From Malacoraja senta (Eukaryota), in NCBI GenBank assembly GCA_038087875.1, contig CM075995.1:5272001-5336000 (forward strand): DNA of 64,000 nucleotides. Reading direction: 5' to 3'. The notes beneath the pieces are model-generated. The model saw only the letters and a program-made list of their open reading frames with translations. It did not search any database and was not told the DNA's origin. The stretch's first letter is position 1. Each line of letters starts with the position of its first letter. Made by a program: the position numbers and the translations under genes. Below, piece by piece: positions 13,325 through 26,376 of this stretch.

Positions 13325-13710
13325 AACAAACTACTAGAGGAACTCAGCAGGTCAGACAGCCCTTCTGGAGAAAAGGAATAGGTGACGTTTCGGGTCGAGA
13401 CCCTTCTTCACATTGAACCCGAAACGTCACCCATTCCTTCTCTCCAGAGTTGCTGCCTGACCCGCTGAGTTACTCCAGCATTTTGTGTCTATCTGCGGTT
13501 TAAACCAGCGTCTGCAGCTCCTGGAGAAATTCAATGAGCGAGGCAGCATCTGTGGAAGGAAATGGACAAACAACGTTTCGGGTTGGCATCCTTTTTCAAC
13601 CCAACCCAACCCAAATGTTGTCTGTCCATTTCCCCCTGCAGATCCTGCCTGACCTGTTGAGGACCTCCAGCGGTTTGTTATTTGCCCAAGATTGCAGCAT
13701 CTGCAGTCCC
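13325..13710. mobile_element. Two inverted-pair arrangements of the Penelope-type terminal repeat
   Basis: aactcagc..ggtgacgtttcggg / cccgaaacgtcacc..gctgagtt mirror arrangement, followed by a second, more diverged one. Confidence 0.7.
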
Positions 13711-14237
13711 CATTTGGACTGAATACATCCTTGCATTTAACAGCCTTCGAGTTAGCCCCGGCTACAGTAAGAGCCCCAGATGTAGGGCTATGTAGTCACG
13801 GGGGAAACAATCAACTACAAGGGGTTCTTCTGCTACATCGAAAAATAGGAGCCTTCTCATGTTCATACAGTATATAGTTATAGGAGCAGAATTAGACCAT
13901 TCGACCCATCAAGTCAACTCTGCCATTCAATTATGGTTGATCTATCTTTCCCTCTCAACTCCATTCTTCTGCCTTCTCCCCATAACACCCGACACCCCTA
14001 CTAATCATGAATCTGCCTTAAAAATATCCATTGTCCTGACCTCCGCAGCCTTCTGTGGCAATGAATTCCACAGATAGACCACCCTCTGACTAAAGAAATT
14101 CCTCCTTATCTCCTTTCTAAAGGTATGCCCTTTTATTCTGAGGCTTTGTCCCCTGGTCATAGACTCTCCCACGAGTGGAAACATCCTCTCCACATTCTCA
14201 CTCTTACCCAAAATGACAAAAAGCAAGTGAAAAAAAA

Positions 14238-14372
14238 ATGTTTAAGAAGGAACTGCAGATGCGGGAAAATCGAAGGTAGACAAAAATGCTGGAGAAACTC
14301 AACGGGTGAGGCAGCATCTACGGAGCGAAGGAAATAGGCAACGTTTCGGGTCGAGACCCTTCTTCAGACTGA
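14238..14372 (-). mobile_element. Penelope-type terminal repeat with intact minimal hammerhead motif
   Basis: Minus strand reads gtCTGAAGAaGGGTctcgACCCGAAAcgTT (14367-14340). Confidence 0.7.
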
Positions 14373-15171
14373 TGTGACTTCAGCAAGCCTAATTCTTGGG
14401 CTGATGCTATGTGTTGTGAATTTCACACCTTAACTAGACATGAGCGTGGTTTAGAAGTAGACTGAAATATGTGCTGCACCATTTCTGCTCTGCATGCAGC
14501 TTATGTTTCTTCTGAAACAATGCAGTAGCAGTGCAGATGTTTGTAATCATCTTCTTCATGCTACAAGGGAAGAGTCCCCAATGGGGAATATTCTTTATTA
14601 TCTAAAATTAAGATTTACTTACAGCTAATGCTGCAGTTAATCAGCTGGAGATCAGTCTCAGGCAATCATCAGTTTTGTTTGGTAGGCACTAATACCATAT
14701 TAGTGGAATCTGCATATGCCTCGGAGGCTATTTGCACAATAAATATGTGATAATCATCTAAAGCTGCTTCGGAGGTAGGTTGTAGATTCAGACTTTACTC
14801 GGCGGTGTTGGGCGTGTTTTTGTAATATCCTCCAGCCCTGTAGAATTTAGAGAGCTTTGCATTCCTGCATTTCTGAACCGCTGATCCTCCTTGATTTCAT
14901 TCACTCCACAATCAGCAGCTGTGGCAAGGCCCAAAGCTACAAAATTACACACCTCTCTCTCATAGTCAGAAAAATGTAGAGTCGTACAGCATGGAAACAG
15001 GCCATTTGGCCCAATTCATCCATGCCAGCCAAGGTGCCTCATCTAAGCTAGTCCCACTTTCCCTGGTTTGATCCATATCCTTCTAAACCTTCCCCAGCCA
15101 CGTACCCGTCCAAATGTCTTTCAAATATTGTTAATGTACCTGCCTTAACTATTTCCTCTGGTTCCATATTC

Positions 15172-15692
15172 CCGGGGAACTGCGTGAGTATCCCGGAGAG
15201 CCACACAGCATGTAAAGACTGAGGACTCGCGCACTGAAGAACCGCGACGCGGACTGGAACCCGCCTGGTAGGCCCGACTCGCTCCCACAGGCCTCCCGTA
15301 AAGACACCAGGAGGCAAAGCCTGCCTGGGTCGATGGAGCCTCGGCGATGGTGATAGAGCCTCGGTGGTGGCGATGGAGGCTCGTGGCGACAGCAGTAATG
15401 CCCTGTGGGTCAACCGGTCGATGAGGGAGCGGGGGAACCACCGTGAAGGGCTGAGGGGGAAGGACAATGGGCCAGACGTTGGGGGACCGCTGTGAGGGAG
15501 GGAGGGGTGGGGGGGAAGAACAATGGAGGACGCAAAGTGGGGGAGGGGGGAGAACATAAGAGGAACCTGCGGGGGTACTTTGTAACTCTGTCTGCGCCCT
15601 TTATGTGGCAACTATTTGCATATCTTGGGAAAGCAAGCAAATAATTTCACTGTGTCTTGTCACATGTGACAATAAACTATTCTATTCCATTC
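15172..15692 (+). mobile_element. Unclassified GC-rich non-autonomous retroposon inserted in a CR1 3' fragment (host ~14980-15892, minus)
   Basis: Host CR1 sequence breaks at ttccatattcc and resumes at ccaccgccctct; insert ends gtgacaataaa(ctatt/ccatt)n like Rex1-type tails. Confidence 0.6.
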
Positions 15693-16499
15693 CACCGCCC
15701 TCTTAGTGAAAAAGTTGCCCCTCACGTTCCTTTTAAATCTTTCCCTTCTCACCTTAAACCTATGCCCGCTAGTCTCTGATTCCCCTATCCTGGGAAAAGG
15801 AGTCTCTGTGCAATCACCCTATCTATTCCCCTCAAGATTTTATACACCTCTATAAAATCGCCCCTCTGCCTTCTGCACTCCAAGGAATAAAACCCTCTCC
15901 TTCTTTAAGTTGCTCCATAAAATCTACCTCTTGGTTCAAGATTTTGGTTAGATGATCTTATATCCTGCAGTGTACATGTCGTTAAGTTTTGCCTGATATC
16001 TTCTCTGTGAGGTAACATGAGACATTTTCAATCATTATTACCATTGATTTCTTGGGCGAGAAGGTACTGCATTATAAGAAGTGTCATTTTGAAATTAAAC
16101 TGCTATCGAGAATGATCCCAGGTACGATCGGGTTTACAAATTATGAGCATTTGACGGCACTGGGCCTGTACTCGCTGGAGTTCAGAAGGATGAGGGGACA
16201 CCTCATTGAAACTCACTAAATAGTGATAGGGCTGGATAGAGTGGATGTGGAGAAGATGTTTTCACTGGTGGGAGAGTCTATAACCAGAGGCCATAGCTCC
16301 AGAATAAAAGGACGTACCTTTAGAAAGGAGATGAGGAATGTCTTTCGTCAGATGGTGGTGAATCTGTGGAATTAATTGCCACGGACAGCTGTAGAGGCCA
16401 AGTCGGGTATTTTTTAGGTGGAGATTAATAGATTCTTGATTAGTACGGGTGTCAAGGGTTATGGTGAGAAGACAGGAGAATGGGGTTGAGGGGGAATAG

Positions 16500-17854
16500 C
16501 ATTAAAGATGGGATAGCAGCACATTTGGAAAGTGGTGAAATCATTGGACAAAGTCAGCATGGATTTACGAAAGGTAAATCATGTCTGACGAATCTTATAG
16601 AATTTTTCGAGGATGTAACTAGTAGAGTGGATAGGGGAGAACCAGTGGATGTGTTGTATCTGGACTTTCAGAAGGCTTTCGACAAGGTCCCACATAAGAG
16701 ATTAATATACAAACTTAAAGCACACGGTATTGGGGGTTCAGTATTGATGTGGATAGAGAACTGTCTGGCAAACAGGAAGCAAAGAGTAGGAGTAAACGGG
16801 TCCTTTTCACAATGGCAAGCAGTGACTAGTGGTGTACCGCAAGGCTCAGTGCTGGGACCCCAGCTATTTACAATTTATATTAATGAACTGGATGAGGGAA
16901 TTGAAGGCAACATCTCCAAGTTTGCAGATGACACTAAGCTGGGGGGCAGTGTTAGCTGTGAGGAGGATACTAGGAGACTGCAAGGTGACTTGGATAGGCT
17001 GGGTGAGTGGGCAAATGTTTGGCAGATGCAGTATAATGTGGATAAATGTGAGATCCACTTTGGTGGCAAAAACAGGAAAGCAGACTATTATCTAAATGGT
17101 GGCTGATTAGGAAAAGGGGAGATGCAGTGAGACCTGGGTGTCATGGTACACCAGTCATTGAAAGTAGGCATGCAGGTGCAGCAGGCAGTGAAGAAAGCGA
17201 ATGGTATGTTAGCTTTCATAGCAAAAGGATTTGAGTATAGGAGCAGGGAGGTTCAACTGCAGTTGTACAGGGTCTTGGTGAGACCACACCTGGAGTATTG
17301 CGTACAGTTTTGGTCTCCAAATCTGAGGAAGGACATTATAGCCATAGAGGGAGTGCAGAGAAGGTTCACCAGACTGATTCCTGGGATGTCAGGACTTTCA
17401 TATGAAGAAAGACTGGATAGACTCGGCTTATACTCGCTAGAATTTAGGAGATTGAGAGGGGATCTTATAGAAACTTACAAAATTCTTACGGGTTGGACAG
17501 GCTAGATGCAGGAAGATTGTTCCCGATGTTGGGGAAGTCCAGGACAAGGGGTCACAGCTTAAGGATAAGGGGGAAATCCTTTCAGACCGAGATGAGAAAA
17601 AACGTTTTCACACAGAGAGTGGTGAATCTCTGGAACTCTCTGCCACAGAGGGTAGTTGAGGCCAGTTCATTGGCTATATTTAAGAGGGAGTTAGATGTGG
17701 CCCTTGTGGCTTAAGGGATCAGGGGGTATGGAGAGAAGGCAGGTACGGGATACTGAGTTGGATGATCAGCCATGATCATATTGAATGGCGGTGCAGGCTC
17801 GAAGGGCCGAATGGCCTACTCCTGCACCTATTTTCTATGTATCTATGTATCTAT
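16500..17854 (+). mobile_element. CR1 LINE 5'-truncated copy nested in the 3' UTR of an older CR1 (~16085-17925)
   Basis: [26 protein letters not shown]; tail ttttctatgtatctatgtatctat; host UTR resumes cagccatgattgaatgg. Confidence 0.93.
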
Positions 17855-20110
17855 CAGCCATGATTGAATGGCGGAATAGTCTTGATGGGCCGAATGGCCT
17901 AATTCTGCTCCTATCACTTATGAACTTTTGAATTTATGACTATGTGATACAATTTTTAAGGTGGAATTGAAAGATCCAATGACATGATTGAAAGAAGTAA
18001 CTGAGGGAACAATTCCCCTCTGCTGGTGGGAGTAGTCGTACCCAGGGATTGTGATGAAGGAGTCAAGCACATTGTCTGCACGTTATGATTAAGTAAGGAT
18101 AGTAATCTCAGTCTGTCGCTTGTCTCACCTGTCAGACAGCTCCCCCAACTTAAACACCAATCCTCAGATGTTTCCGAGTAGGATTCATTCAACTGGCAGC
18201 AGAATTTGCCCTGGCTGAATTCAGTGGCATTCAATGCCCATGTCTGTACAGTTTCATTTAATTTCTATGTGAGGATTGTGGTAAAACCGTGTTAGGCCTC
18301 TTTAAAGGGCATACGATACGATAGAACTTTATTTATCCCAGGAGGGAAGTTGATCTGCCTACAGTCATAAAATACAAGATACATAAAACATGAAATTAAA
18401 GTGATGAGTGGAAAGGATTGGGGATGTGCAAAGATATTGTGGAGTGAAGGGGGGGGGGGGGGGGGGGAGCATTTTAGGAGAACAATTTTGCTGTGGTCTG
18501 AAGTCGTAAAGCGAGTAATGATGACAGACTTTCTTCCCCTAGGATATTAATAAAGCAGATGCATTTTTATAACAGCCCGCAGTTTCTTGGTCCACAGTGC
18601 TAAGGCTAGTTGTCATTTTTCCCAAATCCCATATTAATTGAATTGAAATACCACAGCTGTCATGCTGAGGTTTGAACAAAGCCTCTGGACGCCGTCAATC
18701 CATGTTAACCGTCATGAAGGCCTTTGGAGATTTACTGTATCGGCCAAGTGACACAGTGCTGTGTAAATGCAAATTCCTGCTCTGATCCTGGATAGACACG
18801 CCATCCATGTCAATGCAACATTTCCAGCTTCTACATGGCGCAAGGTACAGGCTTGCAATAGAATTTAAAGGCAAAAGCACTTTTGGATGTTTTCTCAATT
18901 AACCTTTTGTTAATGAGCAGAGCTACATTTTTTTTGCATGATAATGTGAATGTTTAATGGACTGAAATACTGAGAAGTATAACCTTGAGGTTCAAAAGTT
19001 ATGGGTATTTTAATAAGGAGTTATTATAGAAAGGAAAAAAAGACCTGCATCTATGTTGCACCTTTTACAACCTCCAGACTTCAGTTTAGTTTAGTTCAGT
19101 TTATTATTACGTGTACCGAGGTACAGTGAAAAGCTTCTGTTGCGTGTTGACCAGTCAGTGGAAAGACAATACATGATTACAATCGATCCATTTACAGTGC
19201 ACAGATGCATGACAAGGGAAGGCTTTTACAGGAGAAATCAGATTGCTAGAACTTCAACAGAATGCTTGCAGCATCGCACAATGCTATTTGGCCCAACATG
19301 TCCCTACTGGCTCTTGATGGGCTGTTACTTTAGAATATCTCAGTGATATTGTTGGAAAGAAAAGTATTGTCAAGAGAGCCTTGTTGGCTGTATCGCCTGA
19401 AGAAACTTCTGTTTTCTTATCTGAGGCAAAATAAATCGAGTGGATGCTAACCTGGGACAAACAGTCAGCTGTTAGGAAAGAAAGATGAATATCGCAGATT
19501 GTCAAGATTTTTTGATGGGGTTTAAACATCTACTTTTCATAATTCAGAAGATTTCCAATTTTGGATTCTTCATTCATTCTATATGTTGTCATCTGAACTC
19601 ATATGAAACGTAAATGTATGGTATTGTACTTTATTTGTCACATGTACAGTGAAATTCATTACTGTATACAGTTCAGTACAAGTATCTTTGTACATGAGAA
19701 CTTAGATGCATATTAGATAAGCATTTCAGATACAGTACAAGTGTATAGCAATAGTACACTGAGACAGTGTACAGTCACCAGTTTGGAGCCGTTTTCAAGT
19801 CCCAGTTGTTGGCAGTGCAGGGTTCTTGATCTGACCATGAAGGTCTGTTGTCCAAAGTCACTCTCCTGAACGATCTTGCCCTAAAGCATTCCCTGACTAA
19901 GACTGGGGCATTATTAATAATTCCTACATTTCTCAGAGGGCAGATGCCAACCACACCATCTCGCACCATGCCAGTAAACAGGGAGCTAGTGCCTGCAATC
20001 ATTATATAGAAACATAGAAACATAGAACATAGAAAATAGGTGCAGGAGTAGGCCATTCGGCCCTTCGAGCCTGCACCGCCATTCAATATGATCATGGCTG
20101 ATCATCCTAC

Positions 20111-23000
20111 TCAGTATCCCATACCTGCCTTCTCTCCATACCCCCTGATCCCTTTAGCCACAAGGGCCACATCGAACTCCCTCTTAAATATAGCCAATGA
20201 ACTGGCCTCAACTACCTTCTGTGGCAGAGAGTTCCAGAGATTCACAACTCTCTGTGTGAAAAAAGTTTTTCTCATCTCGGTCCTAAAGGGTTTCCCCTCT
20301 ATCCTTAAGCTGTGACCCCTTGTCCTGGACTTCCCCAACATCGGGAACAATCTTCCTGCATCTAAACTGTCCAACCCCTTAAGAATTTTGTAAGTTTCTA
20401 TAAGATCCCCCCTCAATCTCCTAAATTCTAGCGAGTACAAGCCGAGTCTATCCAGTCTTTCTTCATATGAAAGTCCTGACATCCCAGGAATCAGTCTGGT
20501 GAACCTTCTCTGCACTCCCTCTAAGGCAATAATGTCCTTCCTCAGATTTGGAGACCAAAACTGTACGCAATACTCCAGGTGTGGTCTCACCAAGACCCTG
20601 TACAACTGCAGTAGAACGTCCCTGCTCCTATACTCAAATCCTTTTGCTATGAATGCTAACATACCATTCGTTTTCTTCACTGCCTGCTGCACCTGCATGC
20701 CTACTTTCAATGACTGGTGTACCATGACACCCAGGTCTCGTTGCATCTCCCCTTTTCCTAATCAGCCACCATTTAGATAATAGTCTGCTTTCCTGTTTTT
20801 GCCACCAAAGTGGATAACCTCACATTTATCCACATTATTCTGCATCTGCCATGCATTTGCCCACTCACCCAGCCTATCCAAGTCACCTTGCAGCCTCCTA
20901 GCATCCTCCTCACAGCTAACACTGCCACCCAGCTTAGTGTCATCTGCAAACTTGGAGATGTTGCATTCAATTCCCTCATCCAAATCATTAATATATATTG
21001 TAAATAGCTGGGGTCCCAGCACTGAGCCTTGCGGTACCCCACTAATCACTGCCTGCCATTCTGAAAAGGACCCGTTTACTCCTACTGTTTGCTTCCTGTT
21101 TGCCAGCCAGTTCTCTATCCACATCAATACTGAACCCCCAATACCGTGTGCTTTAAAAGTTTGTATACTAATCTCTTATGTGGGACCTTGTCGAAAGCCT
21201 TCCGAAAGTCCAGATATAACACATCCACTGGTTCTCCCCTATCCACTCTAGTAGTTACATCCTCGAAAAATTCTATAAGATTCGTCAGACATGATTTACC
21301 TTTCGTAAATCCATGCTGACTTTGTCCAATGATTTCACCACTTTTCAAATGTGCTGCTATCCCATCTTTAATAACTGACTCTAGCAGTTTCCCCACTACT
21401 GATGTTAGACTAACTGGTCTGTAATTCCCCGTTTTCTCTCTCCCTCCCTTTTTAAAATGTGCGGTTACATTAGCTACCCTCCAATCCTCAGGAACGACTC
21501 CAGAACCTAAAGAGTTTTGAAAAATTATCACTAATGCATCCACTATTTCTGGAGCTACTTCCTCAAGTACTCTGGGATGCAGCCTATCTGGCCCTGGGGA
21601 TTTATCGCCCTTTAATCCATTCAATTTACCTAACACCACTTCCCGGCTCACCTGGATTTCACTCAGATCCTCCATCTCCTTTGACCCGCGGTCCCCTGCT
21701 ATTTCCGGCAGATTATTTATGTCTTCCTTAGTGAAGTCGGAACCAAAGTACTTATTCAATTGGTCCGCCATGTCCTTTTCCCCATGATCAATTCATCTGT
21801 TTCTGACTGCAAGGGACCTACATTTGTTTTAACTAATCTCTTTCTCTTCACATATCTATAAAAACTTTTGCAGTCAGTTTTAATGTTCCCTGCCAGTTTT
21901 CTTTCATAATCTATTTTCCCTTTCCAAATTAAGCCCTTTGTCCTCCTCTGCTGGTCTCTGAATTTCTCCCAGTCCTCTGGTCGGCTGCTTTTTCTGGCTA
22001 ATTTATACGCTTCATCTTTTGCTTTGATACTATCCCTGATTTCACTTGTTATCCACGGATGCACTACCTTCCCTGATTTATTCTTTTGCCAAACTGGGAT
22101 GAACATTTTTTGTAGTTCATCCATGCAGTCTTTAAATGCCTTCCATTGCATATCCACCGTCGGATATTTAAGAATTAATCGCCAGTCAATCTTGGCCAAT
22201 TCACGTCTCATACCCTCAAAGTTACCTTTCTTTAAGTTCAGAACCATTGTTTCTGAATTAACCATGTCACTCTCCATCCTAATGAAGAACTCAACCATAT
22301 TATGGTCACTCTTGCCCAAGTGGCCACGTACAACAAGACTGTTAACTAACCCTTCCTCATTACTCAATACCCAGTCTAGAATAGCCTGTTCTCTTGTTGG
22401 TTCCTCTACATGTTGGTTTAGAAAACTATCCCGCATACATTCCAAGAAATCCTCTTCCTCAGCACCCCTGCCAATTTGATTCACCCAATCTATATGTAGA
22501 TTGAAGTCACCCATTATAACTGTTTTACCTTTGTTGCACGCATTTCTAATTTCCTGTTTGATGCCATCCCCAACTTCACTACTACTGTTAGGTGGCCTGT
22601 ACACAACACCCACTAGCGTTTTCTGCCCCTTAGTGTTTCGCAGCTCTACCCATATCGATTCCACATCCTCCAAGCTAATGTCCTTCCTTTCCATTGCGTT
22701 AATCTCCTTTCTAACCAGCAACGCTACCCCACCTCCTTTTCCTTTCTGTCTATCCTTCCTGAATATTGAATATCCCTGGATGTTCAGCTCCCAGCCTTGG
22801 TCACCCTGGAGCCATGTCTCCGTGATCCCAACTATATCATAATCATTAATAGCTATCTGCACATTCAACTCATCTACCTTATTACGAATGCTCCTTGCAT
22901 TGAGACACAAAGCCTTCAGGCTTGTTTTTACAACGCTCTTACCCCTTATACAATTTTGTTGAAAAGTGGCCCTGTTTGATTTTTGCCCTGGATTTGTCTG
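20111..23000 (-). pseudogene. CR1 ORF2 (APE endonuclease + reverse transcriptase) in four frame segments
   Basis: NARSIRNK, GITETWL, VYRPP, MGDFN, SDHN (APE); [27 protein letters not shown] (RT). Confidence 0.93.
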
Positions 23001-23229
23001 CCTGCCACTTTTACTTTTCACCATGCTACCTATTGCTTTTACCCCCATTTTACACCCCTCTGTCTCTCTGCTCACACATTTAAGAACCCCACCACCTCTT
23101 ATTCTCTGTTTATTATTGTTTTTTCTTCTTTCCCCCCTACATGTTGGGTCTGAGTGCTTCCCTTCTCTGCCTCCTGCCTCACACACTGTCTACTAGCTTT
23201 CTCTATTTGAGTCGCTCCCCCCAACCGTT

Positions 23230-24160
23230 CTAGTTTAAAGTCTCCGCAGTAGCCTTTGCAAATCTCCCCGCCAGGATATTGGTCCCCCTCGGGTTCAAGT
23301 GCAAACCATCCTTTTTGTACAGGTCGCACCTTCCACAAAAGAGGTCCCAATGATCCAGAAACTTGAATCCCTGCCTTCTGCACCAGTCCTTCAGCCACGC
23401 ATTTATCCTCCACCTCGTTCCATTCCTACTCTCACTGTCGCGTGGCACAGGCAGTAATCCCGAGATTGTTACCTTTGCGGTCCTTCTTTTTAACTCTCCT
23501 CCTAACTCCCTAAATTCTCCTTTCAGGACCTCTTCTCTTTTTCTACCTATGTCATTGGTACCTATATGTACCACGACCTCGGTCTCCTCTCCCTCCCATT
23601 TCAGGATATCTTGGACACGTTCAGACACATCCGAGACCCTGGCACCAGGGAGGCAAACTACCATCCGGGTCTCCCGACTGCGTCCACAGAATCGCCTGTC
23701 TGACCCCCTAACTATAGGGTCCCCTATTACTAATGCCCTCTTCTTTTCCTTACCCTTCTGAGCAACAGGACCGGTCTCTGTGCCGGAGGCCCGGCCGCTG
23801 TCGCGACCCCCAGGTAGGCTGTCCCCCCCAACAGTACTCAAACAGGAATACTTATTGTCACGGTGTACAGCCACCGGGGTACTCTCTCGTCCCTGCCTGT
23901 GCCCCTTGCCCCTCATAACCGTGACCCACTTGCCTGCCTCCTGTGGTCTTGGAGTGACCACCTCTCTGTAACTCCTCTCAATGACTTCCTCGCTCTCCCT
24001 GACCAGACGGGTCATCGAGCTGCTGCTCCAGGTTCCTAATACATTCCCTTAGGAGCCCCATCTCGACACACCTGGCACAGATGTGGACGTCTGGAAGGCT
24101 ATCAGATTCCTTGACCTCCCACATCTGACATCCAGAACAGTAAACTGCCCTGGCACTCAT
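23230..24160 (-). pseudogene. CR1 ORF1: zinc finger/leucine zipper plus SGNH esterase-like domain, one frameshift
   Basis: CSGC-x16-CARC followed by LL..IRNLEQQL; VIGDPIVRG, CLPGA, VHIGTND, DGLHLN blocks. Confidence 0.9.
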
Positions 24161-24338
24161 ACTCCCCTCTTACCTAGGATACAATACAAAGTACAGTACA
24201 ATACAATCAGCAAGGATCCGTCTCCCAATCAGCTGCTCCCTCTTGTCTGCTTCCACCAATCAGCGGCTTCCTCAAGCCCACTTGTTTTGAAATGCGAATG
24301 GAACTTGGAACGTTACAGATTTCTGTTCCTCCTCCCGC

Positions 24339-24529
24339 TGCGACCTCTCCAACGGCTCTCGGGCCTCTGTAAGAAGCAAGCCCTGCGCTCGAGTGTAGCT
24401 CCTCCCTCTGCGACCTCTCCAATGGCTCTCGGGCCTCTGTAAGAAGCAAGCCCCGCGCTCGAGTTTATCTCCTACCTCTCGGGTGTAGCTCCTCCCTCTG
24501 CGACCTCTCCAACGGCTCTCGGGCCTCTG
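24339..24529. repeat. GC-rich tandem repeat (~70-90 bp unit, about 2.5 copies) in the CR1 5' UTR
   Basis: tgcgacctctccaacggctctcgggcctctg begins at 24339, 24409 and 24499. Confidence 0.9.
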
Positions 24530-24909
24530 GGGCTTTGAAGTTTGACCTCCAAATTCCATTTAATGGCTATTGAATTATTTCAGGGTAGTTGACCAGGTAA
24601 ATTAGCCTTGTAAATCGCGGATCATCTTAATGCGCTGTGCTCTTCTCCATTCAACAAACTGATACTCTTGGGGCAATTCTCCTGGAGCAATTTACTCTTG
24701 TGGCGACTGCTCTTGGAACAATTTACAGTTGCCATTGCATTTACCAATTCATACATCTTTACAATATGGAAGTAAACCAGAGCATCGAGGTGAAGCCCAT
24801 GTGGTCACAGGGAGAACCTGCAAACTGCACACAGACAGCACCACAGGGCAGAATGCCACTGTGAGACGGTCTCTCCATCTGTGCAGATACAATTTAAATA
24901 ATTTGTTGA

Positions 24910-25612
24910 AGCAAGGAACTGCAGATTCTGGTTTACAAAGTGCTGGAGTACCTCAGCGGATCAGGCGGCATCTCTGGAGAATATGGACAAGTTACGTTTC
25001 GTGTTGGGATCATTCTGAAGGGTCCAGACCCAAAACGTCACCAGTCCATGTTCTCCAGAGATGCTGCCTGACCCGCTGAGTTACTCCAGCATTTTGTGTC
25101 TTTTTAAAAAACTCATTTATTGATCCTTTCAAAGAAGTTGCTCGTGGATGACCCTTATGCAATGTCCACTCTCATTTTATTTTGAGTAGTTTCTGCCGTC
25201 AATGTTTTGAGGGACGGCCTGGATTTCCATTCAAAGCTTTCCAGTAATTTATGAATTACGTGACGACTAGTCAAACACCAAACGCTGGAGTAACTCAGCG
25301 GGACAGGCAGCATCTCTGGAGAGAAGGAATGGGTGACATTTCGGGTCGACACCCTTCTTCAGATGTCTGAAGACGGGTTTTCTCCAGAGATGCTGCCTGT
25401 CCCGCTGAGCTACTCCAGCCTATCTTCGGTTTTAACCAGCATCTGCAGTTCCTTCTTACACCACTAGTTAAACTCCAGGTGTTAAAGAAGGAACACCAGA
25501 TGCTGGAAAATCGAAGGTAGACAAAAATGCTGGAGAAACTCAGCGTGTGAGGCAGCATCTTTGGAGCGAAGGAAATAGGCAATGTTTTGGGTCAAAACCC
25601 TTCTTCAGACTG
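24910..25612. mobile_element. Cluster of Penelope-type terminal-repeat fragments, two as inverted pairs
   Basis: gctggagtaactcagcgg / ccgctgagttactccagc mirror pairs at ~24940-25095 and ~25283-25420; further minus copy ~25480-25612. Confidence 0.7.
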
Positions 25613-26184
25613 TCCAGGTCCGTCTTATCTTTTCTCATCACTATGCTCTCCTTGATGCTCAAAGGGCTTTGAGTTAAGATGAGCTTACTGATTGTAAAGT
25701 GGCAGCACATCACTATTCATTGAATTACCCCTGCTTCGAGAAGACAAGAAGGAAAGGAATTACTTGCCAGCAGCTACCAAGTATTTAGTAAATTAAAAAA
25801 AAGCATTATATTTCTTTAATAGTGCAATAATTCTGCAATGCTTTCTTTAATAGTGCAAATGCTTTAATGATGAAAGATAGAGTCGGACATGTTGTCTGCC
25901 AGGACTGATTCTGTGAGTAAGATTTTTCCAAACTGTTGAGACTTGTCAAAGTGGCAGAAGTGAGACTGTATCAGGTCCAAAACAGCCATAAAATCTATTC
26001 ACATCAAATGTATATCCTCGCCAGTTTACATGAAGCCAGGCGCTAAAAAGGATATTAAAAATATATATAATCTGTGCTAATTCCATGGACTTCAAATGAA
26101 AATTTTGAATACTGCAAATCCACTGACATCAATGCTCATTCATACTCACAACTCACCACTAGCATCCACTTCCCAAGTCGTTAT

Positions 26185-26376
26185 AGTGGCACCACGGTAG
26201 AGTTGCTGCCTTACAACTTCAGGGTCCTCGGTTCGATCTTGACCACGGGTGCTTGTCCGTACATTCTCCCCGTGCCCTGCGTGGGTTTTCTCCGAGATCT
26301 TCATTTTCCTCCCACATTCCAAAGACGTCCAGTGGTATAAATATAAATTGTCCCTAATGTGTGTAGGATAGCGTTA
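26185..26376 (+). mobile_element. HE1-type SINE, 3'-truncated at a MITE insertion
   Basis: gtggcaccacggtagagttgctgccttac head; gtgtaggatagcgtta junction. Confidence 0.82.

Larger units (their letters stand above)
20006..24530 (-). mobile_element. Near full-length CR1 LINE (5' UTR repeats, ORF1, ORF2, 3' UTR, (tttctatg)n tail)
   Basis: Colinear ORF1 and APE-RT ORF2 fragments broken by a few frameshifts; tail at ~20006-20035. Confidence 0.96.

Noticed and set aside
18448..18468. Poly-G run (and C-rich tract at 3481-3552) as functional G-quadruplexes
   Set aside because: Simple low-complexity tracts next to repeat remnants; no supporting context
20499..23761. Plus-strand ORFs of 90-150 aa opposite the CR1 (similar ones at 39007-39903 and 54747-56549)
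   Set aside because: Antisense shadows of CR1 coding sequence, recurring in every copy
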